This document shows, in pieces, positions 41,601-50,552 of a stretch of DNA of 64,000 nt (position 1 is the first letter of the stretch; the number at the start of each line of letters is the position of its first letter). Position numbers and translations under genes: made by a program. The DNA comes from a virus, in IMG/VR virus record IMGVR_UViG_3300021139_000007, positions 5,290 to 69,289 of that record. One strand, 5' to 3'. The notes beneath the pieces are model-generated. The model was given only the letters and a program-made list of their open reading frames with translations, searched no databases and was not told where the DNA came from.

Positions 41601-44600
41601 AGAAGGGTTTAAAGAAATACCTAATGCCCCTTTTGTTACTGATACTAACAATTGGACAAAACTAGCACTAAAAACGGCTTTAAAAGAAGCAATAAAGCAA
41701 GGTTCTGATAAAATTTCTTGGACAACAGGTGAGCAACAAAATGAAAGATACGATTTATCTAAAAAAGTAGATGAATTAAACTATTATAAAACAGAAAGTG
41801 GTAATTATCATATAACAGGAGATAAAGGAGGAGTATCTGTTTCAAGTGGTATTTATAAAGAAAATGAATTAGAGGGGATATTAGGTAAAGAAGTTGCTAA
41901 AAAAATAATAAACAACGAAGGTGAAAACAAATCTAAGTATAATTCTGTTTTCGGTTATAATGATTATGGAGGTAATCAAGAATATAAATCGTTAACAGGT
42001 TCTGATTTGCAAGTAGGTGGTAAAGGTATGAAAGGGTTTTATGGTTCTCCAAAAGAAGGGAGTTTAGGTATAGTAGGTAATGTAGCTAAATCATTATTTA
42101 AACAAGAACCTAAGACGATAGAAATTAACAAATCAGATGTAGATGTTTCTAAAAGTAAGTTATATGATTTTATTGATAAGATGAACTCAAAATATAATTT
42201 ACCTGAAAATGGTAGATTTAAGGTTTTAATTGAAAAAAATGGTACAGAACAAGAGATAGAAACTTACAAAAATTTGAGGAAAGAGTACCAAGATTCAAGT
42301 GAAAGACAAGTTGAATTAGGTAAACCTACAATCCAACACTCAATAGACATAACCCCCGAATTAAAAAAACAAGTACAAGAACAAGGGCAGCCTTTATTTA
42401 TGAAAGATGCCGAAGGTAAGATATTAGGATTCACACATGATGGTAAAATTTATCTAAACAAAGATGAAATAAACCCTAATACCCCTATCCACGAAGCAGG
42501 ACATATATGGGTAGAACACGCAAAAATAAACAGACCCGACATATACGAAAAAGGTATTGAACTTGTAAGCAAGGAAGGTAACCCATATTTAAAAGAAGTA
42601 AAAGAAAATGACTTTTATAAAAAAGAATCAGACAAACTAAAAACACAAGCAGAAAGAGATGAATACTTTCAACATGAAGCACTAGCAGCAGCAATAGGGG
42701 ATAAAGGCGCACAATTCGTTACCGAAGCTAAAAAAGCATCTTTTAAAGATTGGTTAAATAACTTATGGGAATCAGTTAAAAAAGCAGTAGGGTTTGAAGG
42801 TATTTCAGCAAAAGACTTACAGAATTTATCTTTTGAAGACTTTGCAAAAAGAGCAGCAAAAGAAATTTTAGACGATACTACCAATTTTGGTAAGGAAACA
42901 AAAACAAAGACAGATGAAGAAAAAAGTAAAGAAGCCGATGCCAAAACCGAAGGCAAAGGGAATGTAACTGAAAAAGAGGTGACAGTGGGGGGTATTGAAA
43001 CTCCCCCACCACCGATTACGCCAATTTTAGGTTTTGAAAACGTAGGTGGTGAAAGTGAAAAATATACTCAAATAAATAAAGCAACTCAATTACAAGAGGT
43101 TGCTGATTTAAAAGCAAGGTATGATGCACAAGGGGTAAAGGGATGGAGTGAAAGTTTACAGAATGGTCTAAATAGAGTAAAGTCAGAACATCCACATTTA
43201 GACCTTTATGAAGGTGCAAAGAAAGAGTTATATAAGCACCTATCAGACATAGGTAATGGCAGGGTTAGAATGGATGATGAAGACTTAGCTGTAATGTCAT
43301 ATCTAAAGAGAGAAACAGAACTAAGGATGGCAGCCGTTTCTGATTTAAGATTTAATGAAAATGAGTTAGTTTCTATTGCGGCAGAAAAAGATTACAATAT
43401 TTTAAAAGACCAATTTGAGAATACTGTTTTAGCTATAAAAGAAGGTGGAACTACATTAGGTCGTTCATTGGTTTTCTTACAATCAATGTTAGGTTATAAT
43501 TCAGATACGGGATTAATTCTAAAAAGAGGTGAATTAAGAAAGGCGGCAGGTAGAGATTTGACTGAATCTGAATTAGAATATACTGCGAAAGATTGGGTAG
43601 AAGAAAGGGCTAGTCTAATAAAATCACAAGAAATAGAATTAGAAAAGACCAAGAAAGAATTTGAGAACAAGCTACAAAAAGAAATTTCTGAATTAAAGGC
43701 AGAAAAAGATAAAGAATCTAAGAAACAAGTTGTTAATGGAGGGAAAGTAAGCATATCTAAGCCAATTAGAGAAAAGGCTGCATCGGCATTAGAAGCTATT
43801 GCTAAAACATTAGATGAAAAGTTATCTGCTAAATTCCCCGAAGATTCTGATATTAAAAAATCAGGGGTTTCTTTTCAAAAATCTTTTTCAGATAGTATAA
43901 AAGAAATAGCTAAAGACCTTCGTAATAGTGATTTATCAGTAGCAGATATTATTTCTAAGGTAGTAAGAAAATTTGGTGGTGAAGAAAAAGAAAAGTTAAG
44001 TTCAGATATTAAGGATGAATTAAAGAAGTCAGGGATAGAACCTGATTTAGTAGATGAAAAACCGACAATAGAAAAGGCTTTTGATGCAATAAAAGATTTT
44101 TCTACAAATCATGGTGTTAATGATATAACAAATGATATGGTAGGTAAAAAACTCATTGACAATTATATTAAAGCACATATTGATTTATTTGATGCAAAAG
44201 ACATTTTGCCTAACGCATTGAATGAGTTAAAATCAGTATTGCCTAATATTGATGAAAATAAATTGAGGAGGGCTTATTTAAAGAAAGATGAATTTGCTAT
44301 TAAGACTGAATCTAAAATGAAGTCTGAAAAATCAAAAAAAATAATAGAATTAAATAATATAACTAAACTAGAAAACGACTTGAATGACATTAAGCAATTA
44401 AAAGCTATAAAGTCAACACAATTCGCATCCGATAGAGAACGTAGTGATTATGAGAAAGGATTAATAGCAGAGAAGGATGCGTTACTTAAAGAAAAGAAAG
44501 ATAAAGCTGCACAAGCTAAAAAAGAGTATCGTGAACTTGAAACAGAACGTAATAGGCAAATAAGAAAAGTAGAAGAGTTAAAAGAAAAGAAATATAAATT

Positions 44601-47316
44601 AGAACAAGGATTAAGAGAAAAGAAAAATATTTCTCCTAAAATTGATACCCCAGAAATAGAATCGTTAAAAAAGCAAGTAGAAAAGGCAGACAAAGATTTG
44701 CGTGAGCAAGAAAATGCGACTAAAAAAGCAATAAGAGACGTTGAAAATAAAGCTAAAAAAATAGCACAATACGACAAAGACATTAAAGATATTTCAGAAA
44801 GAGGAGAATATCTAAAAAGAAACATTGGGAAAAAAGTTCAGCAGATAGATAAAGACATTCAAAAGAAGCAAAAAGAGGTAGAAGATGCTTTAGCTGCTAA
44901 AGGATTAAAAATTAGCAGAGATGATAAAAGCACAAAATCTTCTTATGAAAGTAGAGCTTCTATTCATAACAGTAGAGTAGATTCGGTTGTTAATGATTTC
45001 CAAAATAAAATAGATGCCCTACAAAACAGTACTGATAAGGAATCTTTGAAGTATAAATCTATGCTTGAAAGAGTAAAAGAAAAATTATTGAAGTCGAAAA
45101 TAGATTACAATACGGATGATAAGTTAGACCAAAGCAAAAAATTTGAAACAGCAGAAAAAGCAATGAAGTCTGCCTATGATGCTATTGATGACATAACTAA
45201 GTATGAAGATAAGTTAGCTATTAGAAAAATAATAGATTCTTATTCTAAGGATAAAGAAAAAGATGAACTAGCTATTAAATTAGAAAAGACAAAGAGAAAG
45301 TATCGTTCTGACATAAAAGAACTTGATAGAAAAATATCATCAAAAGAATTTGATGAACCTAAAAAAGCAGAACCTTTTACAAAATACGATGCTGAATTGA
45401 TTAGGTTAGATAATGAGAGAAGGTTGAAGCAACAATTATTTCAGCAAGCTAAAATGAAAGCAGAATACAATAATAAAAGCAAGTTAAAAACAGCAGCGGA
45501 AGTCATAAGGGGTCTAAATGTATTAGGATTAATATGTAGATTTGGGACTTTAGGGAAAGTAGCCGTTTCAGCGACATTAAAACCACAGTTAAACTATTTA
45601 ACCAAATATACATTAGGGAGGGCTTTTGACAATTTGCCATTTGAAACAACAAAGGCTATATCTAAAAGGGCTAAATTGGGTGGTGAAAGCAATTCTATTG
45701 AAACATTGAAGAAGTTACAAGAAGTAGTATTTAGGCAATATGGCGAAAGTGGATTAGCTGACATTGCATCAAAATCAAGAGATAAATTCGATTTAGCAGA
45801 AAGCAAGTATTTAGAAGCTAAAAAAGAATTAGATGATATTATTAATAAGTCCTCTAAAGAATATAAAGAAAAAGAGATTCAAGTTAATGAATTAAAAAAG
45901 AAACACGATAAAGCATTAGTAGAAGATTTGGGTAATAATGTTTATGATTTTATTGCAGGTTCATCTATCAAGGAATTTATGGAAGTAATACTCCATAGAG
46001 TAAATAAAATAGAACGTGAATTTGGGCAGATAACACAAGACGAAATGGGGTTGGATGAAAATAAATTATCATTGCAATCAGCAATGTACTTAATTGGGCT
46101 AGTTGGTAGAACTCACTCCGCTTTAAAGAATTTTTCTGCACGTTCTGAATTTGCCGCAGGTTTTATAGCAAGACTAGAAGGTCATATAGAAGCAGGTACT
46201 CCAATAGATGCGAATAAAATACTAGAAATAGCTAATGAAAGTTACTTAGATTGGGAAAGGGGGAAATATTCCGAAAAAAACAAAGTTACGGAAGCATGGA
46301 ACGATATAAATAAAATGATAGCGAAAGATTATCCTGCCGTAGCTTACGCATTACAATTTGATGTAGCTATTACTCGTATTCCTAACAATATGCTAAAAGA
46401 AGTTGTAGTAGAATATACAGCAGGTGCTTTTGTTTCAGCATATAAAATGATAAAAGCCTATAAGAATGCCAAGAATGAAGCATTTGAACTAGGTTATACC
46501 GATAAAAAATCAGAAGAATTTAAAGAAGTATTAAGAGAAAGGCTAAATGAAATCCCCACTAAAGAAGCTGCTACAATAGCTAGATGTTTTAGAAAAGGTG
46601 GATTTGGATTAGGTATGTTTGCTTTGGCAGCAATAGGTGGAGTTTATTTTAATAAAGCTGCTTTCGGTGGTTTCCCGCATTTAGGTCAAAAAGAAGAAGA
46701 CAAGAAAAAAGAAAGGATAGAAAAAATAACAGGGGATAATGATGTAAAAACAGGTCAAATAAGTATAGGAGATTTGACATTGCCAGAGTATGCTTCTAAG
46801 TTAATAGAACATACACCTGCTTTTTACCCTGCTTTATTGGCATTGGATATGCACGAAGTGTATAGAGATAAAATAAGAAGTGGGGAAATGAAACCAACCG
46901 CAGCTAAAGATGCAATAGTTTCAAATGTAGAACATTTATTAGAGAGTTCACCACAGATACAATTAGGTATGACTATATTAGCCCCATTAAAAGAAAGGTA
47001 TCTACCTGCTAATTACAAAATAGATGATACAGATGAACATGGAGAGCCAATGAAAAGAGTAATTCTTGAACCTAAAGATTATATAAAGGTGTTAAGTAAC
47101 AAAAAGGATATACTTAGTGATTTTTGGTTCAAAAAAGCATCTTCTATTATAAGTAATAGTAAGAAAGAAAAAGCATCAATAGAAATCAATAAAAAACTTT
47201 CTGATGAACAAAAATCAGAAAAGAAAAAAGAAATAGACGTTCATGCAGATAAAATGATAGATAAAATATACGAAATGAACAAAAAGAACCCTAGTGGTAA
47301 AATGGGTGATAATTAA
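35686..47316 (+). CDS. giant polyvalent internal virion protein (HAD-like, ART-like, SH3-like and zincin metallopeptidase domains, coiled coils)
   Basis: 3876 aa; YSDFDGT; EVYSSY..FITPS..VAWLD; FYSPL..HF.EPN..LEELQSDW; PIHEAGH..HEALA; glycine-rich hydrophobic segments. Confidence 0.75.
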   Translation: MPQQLDEYGIPIRGSEQSQQKESFDEYGIPIKKKASTTQSTSLDGTKPSSNGGTQTPQLASQSKSTLGGESKDVDYKPSTSFSDRFPIAKDKLGQNITTNGISKESTVMTTPASEIEKQSKLEEKSLNKQKVTDAFATAQKRVNTFYGVLSGKLPYTDITKTDFISGSKDPSKIHDITDRAYEGNLTLEDLNTMNIANKAMLAEPQKTVDALNSMAKNIRKITQLATTETSMPSLIQLNGIEQNIERLQNERSRLELESQTKQGNYPKMLADIDAQIKPLREKEAFIKHSQQAIYNTKYETEYKPNILKNIGDLDEFAEIYIDPKTNQIDVLGQERLRSITEQTMKKGGSDFTSLVHEMGTGILDSKNNVSQTGDINVQFNETSNKLISDLNTMLPIKMATKKYKSDYSNKYPELSGYLDSYDKTHNAINSKEKDAAKEFAKTSVHADVLALQDKFDNQLHQNPKAKEIYSKWDGQVKSGMVTQEIAQKNIERDLENDKDISVLLKGRKEQVDAINRKYAGAYQDYITSVLKSNNPNINIYPDGTIGIKGKSKEESNKIVGDYYKGLNDISNKTLQDIGKKKGENAEEIANRHGLFYTGLHQSTLNILNGTFQGMFNAVGIGGDYSKSLQSEMSVNDISPSKTIQELSKQKGVTAWLNPDYLSYQAGLNTPLMLGAAATGFATGGLGLIPSTIAGATFMTGVNLANRVSELSNTKDDFGNNIPTGEAVHIANVEAQTQFATNLSMMLLHSKLATGDAIAKQTIGKSLATFGKEQIPNALMMGAQGYLGEKAMAKAKGEDYNKNFAEYMLSDEGLAGLSSMTPFLIMDAAKVMNSHIGGIKTWKEFLKSTDESFLKNQQYNQSLRQLHTGNIESWIDAQQIRLFNGDYSNEAEKNELQNSLNYSKSIYKNLKAANLSNTNVNGLYAAHNLALGDIHTEYAKQKGEENNTTLQKYHEDEAKKYREEAFKTLSGEGNFHYMVDATDNPVFISDKTLKTLTDNGELSDWMKRNVVKDVVKSDDKQFSTKFKEQLAAKEAEQKASQQEKKTTTTEKPTEEQILKDINEGNLVTFTYKSKDEVPDVFKDKISSEGNVNGEQVVRVTVPKSLADYELSKGTKDGTIPTEKKTDKYITKPEDNLEGKKIYSDFDGTIIDNETGKLLPFGEEVKQRIANGEDVTILTHSKDEEGEAKGSNLQRIATALEIPIEKAKEIVKEDVSPTEKIGLAKDGVLIDNSTSVLNQAKEAGIEHHDADKFNGRKKEATEVAQPEGEKVVPSETEVEKTTPIKAKSKLSKFKEKFVDAKVEEPKVEEKVVDERKSKQLELINKTNPAPNDYNTWVRSVDDIKTAKEVWDNVPEGDEMYPDFKKDAMNNALESGEIEVYSSYPIEDGTFITPSKDGAEDYAGGKGKQIYYKKVKLEDVAWLDESQGQFAPIKTETTKTEKVEPTTTKTETTTTALKDVESEITEKEYKKEYQSLIDKKKLLDEKRAELLRRKKNITPSEFKTISDEIAKESESYVNQMKELSSKKIIKSNQPQIEKVEPTVSKEETPKEEPLKETYDTGNKLTDTKDLKVGDYAAIKHPNGVTYEGKVTSVGSKNIKIETESKQYGKQEIQLPKNDVIGFFKPKFQIETPETEPISEMRDIVKDYVDEGITSLEKIKDLVAEELGTDKYADTVEKAFNEYTKKETRKDISEAVIERVGVALNKMFKGGTVETLGTKEIKAKAKELSKGKPIKYQLEDGTKIEGNTMPEIVNGFYSPLEKTISETKFDKLPAKQWIEKFAKGEEAKWTGLTDWLGKQEGSVSKADIQKYLKDNRIEVVEVDNSTKGSNRFVLLDNEGYSVHGESVEVNGSPNNFFADYNDNEINDFVFKDGRYVSESTGFELEPSDDNNDGLKYGEIQLGGKSDNYKEILITLPKTYENYKKLTTEGKQFNSTHFEEPNIIAHLRMNTRTDAEGNKVLFLEELQSDWGQQGKKEGFKEIPNAPFVTDTNNWTKLALKTALKEAIKQGSDKISWTTGEQQNERYDLSKKVDELNYYKTESGNYHITGDKGGVSVSSGIYKENELEGILGKEVAKKIINNEGENKSKYNSVFGYNDYGGNQEYKSLTGSDLQVGGKGMKGFYGSPKEGSLGIVGNVAKSLFKQEPKTIEINKSDVDVSKSKLYDFIDKMNSKYNLPENGRFKVLIEKNGTEQEIETYKNLRKEYQDSSERQVELGKPTIQHSIDITPELKKQVQEQGQPLFMKDAEGKILGFTHDGKIYLNKDEINPNTPIHEAGHIWVEHAKINRPDIYEKGIELVSKEGNPYLKEVKENDFYKKESDKLKTQAERDEYFQHEALAAAIGDKGAQFVTEAKKASFKDWLNNLWESVKKAVGFEGISAKDLQNLSFEDFAKRAAKEILDDTTNFGKETKTKTDEEKSKEADAKTEGKGNVTEKEVTVGGIETPPPPITPILGFENVGGESEKYTQINKATQLQEVADLKARYDAQGVKGWSESLQNGLNRVKSEHPHLDLYEGAKKELYKHLSDIGNGRVRMDDEDLAVMSYLKRETELRMAAVSDLRFNENELVSIAAEKDYNILKDQFENTVLAIKEGGTTLGRSLVFLQSMLGYNSDTGLILKRGELRKAAGRDLTESELEYTAKDWVEERASLIKSQEIELEKTKKEFENKLQKEISELKAEKDKESKKQVVNGGKVSISKPIREKAASALEAIAKTLDEKLSAKFPEDSDIKKSGVSFQKSFSDSIKEIAKDLRNSDLSVADIISKVVRKFGGEEKEKLSSDIKDELKKSGIEPDLVDEKPTIEKAFDAIKDFSTNHGVNDITNDMVGKKLIDNYIKAHIDLFDAKDILPNALNELKSVLPNIDENKLRRAYLKKDEFAIKTESKMKSEKSKKIIELNNITKLENDLNDIKQLKAIKSTQFASDRERSDYEKGLIAEKDALLKEKKDKAAQAKKEYRELETERNRQIRKVEELKEKKYKLEQGLREKKNISPKIDTPEIESLKKQVEKADKDLREQENATKKAIRDVENKAKKIAQYDKDIKDISERGEYLKRNIGKKVQQIDKDIQKKQKEVEDALAAKGLKISRDDKSTKSSYESRASIHNSRVDSVVNDFQNKIDALQNSTDKESLKYKSMLERVKEKLLKSKIDYNTDDKLDQSKKFETAEKAMKSAYDAIDDITKYEDKLAIRKIIDSYSKDKEKDELAIKLEKTKRKYRSDIKELDRKISSKEFDEPKKAEPFTKYDAELIRLDNERRLKQQLFQQAKMKAEYNNKSKLKTAAEVIRGLNVLGLICRFGTLGKVAVSATLKPQLNYLTKYTLGRAFDNLPFETTKAISKRAKLGGESNSIETLKKLQEVVFRQYGESGLADIASKSRDKFDLAESKYLEAKKELDDIINKSSKEYKEKEIQVNELKKKHDKALVEDLGNNVYDFIAGSSIKEFMEVILHRVNKIEREFGQITQDEMGLDENKLSLQSAMYLIGLVGRTHSALKNFSARSEFAAGFIARLEGHIEAGTPIDANKILEIANESYLDWERGKYSEKNKVTEAWNDINKMIAKDYPAVAYALQFDVAITRIPNNMLKEVVVEYTAGAFVSAYKMIKAYKNAKNEAFELGYTDKKSEEFKEVLRERLNEIPTKEAATIARCFRKGGFGLGMFALAAIGGVYFNKAAFGGFPHLGQKEEDKKKERIEKITGDNDVKTGQISIGDLTLPEYASKLIEHTPAFYPALLALDMHEVYRDKIRSGEMKPTAAKDAIVSNVEHLLESSPQIQLGMTILAPLKERYLPANYKIDDTDEHGEPMKRVILEPKDYIKVLSNKKDILSDFWFKKASSIISNSKKEKASIEINKKLSDEQKSEKKKEIDVHADKMIDKIYEMNKKNPSGKMGDN

Positions 47317-47319
47317 GAT

Positions 47320-47327
47320 TATATTTG
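47320..47327 (+). promoter_or_regulatory. -7 promoter element
   Basis: TATATTTG directly after the giant gene's stop codon. Confidence 0.55.
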
Positions 47328-47349
47328 TACTTTAAATAGAAGAAAGAAC

Positions 47350-47742
47350 ATGGCATTAGAAATACACATAAAGTCGGTAGATAGAAGTAAGATAAGAAAC
47401 AACGATGTTGGAGATTATTTCTATGATGCTAATGGTGTTTTAAATATCTTAGTTGCAGAATTAGGAGATAAAAATAAAGAATCCCTTATTGCTATGCACG
47501 AATTATGGGAGGTGCTAACTTGCGAAGCAAATGGTATAACGGAGAAAGAAATAACAAATTGGGATGCCTATTGTGAAAAAGCTAAAGAAATAGGCACAAT
47601 GAATGATGATATTGAAAATGGCTTTAGGCATGATGCACCTTATCGAAAATTCCATACTCAAAGTACAGGGGTAGAATTACTTTTGGCAGCAGAGTTGGGT
47701 ATTGATTGGGTTGAATACTCTAAATTAGTAGAATCACTATAA
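47350..47742 (+). CDS. small putative metallo-hydrolase (HExxE)
   Basis: VGDY..AMHELWE..APYRKFH..E; minimal zincin-like layout. Confidence 0.5.
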   Translation: MALEIHIKSVDRSKIRNNDVGDYFYDANGVLNILVAELGDKNKESLIAMHELWEVLTCEANGITEKEITNWDAYCEKAKEIGTMNDDIENGFRHDAPYRKFHTQSTGVELLLAAELGIDWVEYSKLVESL

Positions 47743-47751
47743 ATATAAATA

Positions 47752-49020
47752 ATGGATAAATATAATTTAAAAGACCGTACAATACTTATTGAAGATTATG
47801 GCGGTTTTACATATTTAGTAGAAGTTTTTGCAAAGTACTTTGGTACAGTATTGTATTATTCCCCTTATGAAAGTGAATTTGCAAGAAGCCAACCATTTAT
47901 AGTAGGTACAGGAATCCCGAATGTAACTAGAATAGATAATGTTGATGACTATGAAGATAATGTAGATTTATTCTTCTTTACAGACCTTCATAAAGGGGCA
48001 AGGCAAAATAGATTAAGAAGCGCAGGGAAGGCTGTATTTGGGTCAGGTAAAGTTCAAGATATAGAATTGTATAGAACAAAGTTAAAAACCTTGTTAAAGG
48101 ACTTAGAATTGCCTGTAAATAAATATGAGGTTTCACATGGCTTTTCTGATTTAAAAAAGAAATTAAAAGGCAAAAAAGATGTTTGGGTAAAGTCTGACTT
48201 TTTCAGAGGAGATTCCGAAACGTTTAGGTATGAGGATGATGAATGTGGGATAGATGCCTTGATGGATTTAGAAAGAGATTTAGGTATCAATAAAGAAAAT
48301 GAAGATTTTATAATAGAAGAACCTATAAAGGATGCAGTTGAGTATGGGTATGATGGGTTCGTTACAACGAGTGGTTTCCCGTCAAAAACTATTTTTGGAG
48401 TTGAGGTAAAAGACAGTAGTTATGCAGCAGTATTTACTGATTACGATAGATTGCCTAAAACAACTAGAGAAGCAAACGAAAAATTGTTACCTATATTCAT
48501 TTCTGAAAATTATAATGGGTGGTATAGTAGCGAAGAAAGGTGTACTAAAAAAGATTTCAGTTATTACTTAGATATTACAGCAAGGTTGGGAGAACCACCA
48601 ACATCTTTAGCTTGTGAAATGTTTAAGGACTATCCTGTTTATTGTTGGGAGGTAGCCAATGGCATAGTCCCTAATATTGAATCAAAAGCAAAGTATGGAG
48701 TTCAGCTTATCATAAAATCAGATAGGGCTATTGACCATCCACAAAGGATATTTTTCCCTAAAAAGTACAAGGATTTTGTAAAGGTAAAAAGCCTACACAT
48801 TGATGAAGAAGGTAATTCAGTATTTGTACCCCAAAATACAGGAATGACTGAAATCGGTGCTATTGTTTATTATGGGAATACTTTAAAAGAAGCTAAAGAA
48901 GGTGTAATAAAGATAGCTAAAGAAGTAAGAGGATACGGTTTAAAGATAAACCTATCTGCCTTAGATGAAGCGGACTCGGTAGTTGCTAATTTAAAAAAAT
49001 ACGGGATAAATATTTTTTGA
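47752..49020 (+). CDS. PurD-like ATP-grasp ligase
   Basis: GKAVFGS..ELYR..K..LELP, VWVKS, FIIEEPI, LDITARLGEP (compare PurD LEFNARFGDP). Confidence 0.7.
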   Translation: MDKYNLKDRTILIEDYGGFTYLVEVFAKYFGTVLYYSPYESEFARSQPFIVGTGIPNVTRIDNVDDYEDNVDLFFFTDLHKGARQNRLRSAGKAVFGSGKVQDIELYRTKLKTLLKDLELPVNKYEVSHGFSDLKKKLKGKKDVWVKSDFFRGDSETFRYEDDECGIDALMDLERDLGINKENEDFIIEEPIKDAVEYGYDGFVTTSGFPSKTIFGVEVKDSSYAAVFTDYDRLPKTTREANEKLLPIFISENYNGWYSSEERCTKKDFSYYLDITARLGEPPTSLACEMFKDYPVYCWEVANGIVPNIESKAKYGVQLIIKSDRAIDHPQRIFFPKKYKDFVKVKSLHIDEEGNSVFVPQNTGMTEIGAIVYYGNTLKEAKEGVIKIAKEVRGYGLKINLSALDEADSVVANLKKYGINIF

Positions 49021-49021
49021 T

Positions 49022-49561
49022 ATGAATAAAGTTATTTGGAAATCAGTTTTAGGATTTGAAGGTATATATGAAGTGTCTAATATGGGGCAAGTTAGATTGA
49101 TTATAGATAGAAGTAAAAAGAAAAAATATGACATACTGAAAAGTACCGTAAATACTCATAATTACTACAGGATAAATCTATATAAAAAAGGTGTAAGGTA
49201 CAGCAAGCTAATACATAGATTGGTAGCAGAATCTTTCCTAATAAACGAATTTAACAAAAGAACGGTAAATCACAAAGATGGCAATCCTTCCAACAATGAA
49301 TTAAGCAATTTAGAATGGGCAACAGATTCCGAAAACGTAAAACACTCTTTTGACTTTTTAAATAGAAGACCTACTTGTTTAGGTGTACATGGTAAAGAAC
49401 ACCCTCGTTCTAAAAAAGTAGTATGTGTTACTCTTGGTAAATCATTCGACAATGCTAGAGAAGCTGCAATACAAACAAATAGTTGTTATAAAAAAATATC
49501 ACAAGTTTGCAACGGACAAAGGAACACTACAAACAATTTAATATTCAGATTTGATATATAA
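49022..49561 (+). CDS. NUMOD4-HNH-NUMOD1 homing endonuclease
   Basis: WKSVLGFEGIYEVSNMG, HRLVAESF, VNHKDGNPSNNELSNLEW. Confidence 0.9.
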   Translation: MNKVIWKSVLGFEGIYEVSNMGQVRLIIDRSKKKKYDILKSTVNTHNYYRINLYKKGVRYSKLIHRLVAESFLINEFNKRTVNHKDGNPSNNELSNLEWATDSENVKHSFDFLNRRPTCLGVHGKEHPRSKKVVCVTLGKSFDNAREAAIQTNSCYKKISQVCNGQRNTTNNLIFRFDI

Positions 49562-49657
49562 TAGGTAAAAGTTTAATTATACTTAACATGGGGACGTGAT
49601 TTTAATCACATAAAATTTGCATAAAAACAAAAAGCCCCAATATACAAGAAAATATAT

Positions 49658-49665
49658 TACTTTTG
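49658..49665 (+). promoter_or_regulatory. -7 promoter element
   Basis: TACTTTTG 16 nt upstream of the ATG at 49682. Confidence 0.5.
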
Positions 49666-49681
49666 ATTAAATTTTTGGAAA

Positions 49682-50221
49682 ATGACAATGCTTTCGGAAA
49701 GGTGCGTAGTGATAGCAAGAGAATACTTAGAAGATAAGAACATAAATGACAGTAGGGAAATACAAGAGCCTATTTTCAATTCAAAACTTAGTTCTTTTAA
49801 TTGGTCACCTGCTTTTGGTGCTGCTTCTGTTTTTTGTGAAATGGTTTGGAAGAAAACATTAGGCAGAGAAAATTCAGGAGAGTGGAGACAGTTGGATAGG
49901 ATATTTTCCCCTTCACCTATTGCTACTCATGCTAACTTTAGAGGGTGTAGAGATTATAAGTCAGGAAATATACCCGAAGTAGGTGCTTTAGCAATTTGGA
50001 GACGTGGGAATAGTTGGCAAGGGTCAATAGGTATAGTTTCAGAAGTTTCAGAAGATAAAGAAACGTTTTCAATAATAGAGGGCAGGGCTTTTGTAGGTAG
50101 CGAAAAGGAAGGGCTGATACAAGTATTAGAAAGCAAAGGGAAAAAGATAAATTTGCCCTTTAGAAACGACAAAGGAAACCTATTAGGGTTTATTTACATG
50201 AAGTACGAAGAAATTAGGTAA
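49682..50221 (+). CDS. CHAP-fold protein, catalytic residues apparently substituted
   Basis: PEVGALAIW..WQGSIGIV..IIEG..LLGFI framework; WCA and GH motifs replaced. Confidence 0.65.
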   Translation: MTMLSERCVVIAREYLEDKNINDSREIQEPIFNSKLSSFNWSPAFGAASVFCEMVWKKTLGRENSGEWRQLDRIFSPSPIATHANFRGCRDYKSGNIPEVGALAIWRRGNSWQGSIGIVSEVSEDKETFSIIEGRAFVGSEKEGLIQVLESKGKKINLPFRNDKGNLLGFIYMKYEEIR

Positions 50222-50232
50222 CAAAAATAAAA

Positions 50233-50550
50233 ATGGGATTTGTAAGAATAATAGCAAAAACAGTTAATGGTAACATTTTAGAGTTCCCACAAACATTTGA
50301 ACTAAATTGTTCTATACTAAAACCATTAGGTACAGGGGTAGTAAGGCAGTATGATGGTAAGGAATGTATTGTTGCAGTAAAGGTATTTTATATTCAAGCA
50401 GGAAATCAACTTTTAGGAACGCAGCAATTCCATACAATGAATGATTACATTAACTATGTAAACGCTAATTGTATTGCAAAAGAAACTTGTTACCTATCCT
50501 TAAATGGATGCTTTTTAAATCTAAACGGATGTTTAGTTAAATATAATTAA
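50233..50550 (+). CDS. putative structural protein
   Basis: C-terminal LNGCFLNLNGCL repeat; start of the fibre operon. Confidence 0.45.
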   Translation: MGFVRIIAKTVNGNILEFPQTFELNCSILKPLGTGVVRQYDGKECIVAVKVFYIQAGNQLLGTQQFHTMNDYINYVNANCIAKETCYLSLNGCFLNLNGCLVKYN

Positions 50551-50552
50551 TT

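Noticed and set aside
34465-45806. Many antisense ORFs of 60-163 aa inside large genes
   Set aside because: Shadow frames of K/E-rich genes (F/S/L-rich translations) with no motifs
47752-49020. Assigning the gene symbol purD
   Set aside because: The PurD substrate-binding N-terminal motif is missing; only the ATP-grasp fold is supported
49022-49680. HNH gene as part of a group I intron
   Set aside because: Flanking genes look complete and the intergenic space is too short for a ribozyme core
50233-50550. Paralogy with 23118..23669
   Set aside because: Only scattered matches by eye; needs a profile-profile comparison
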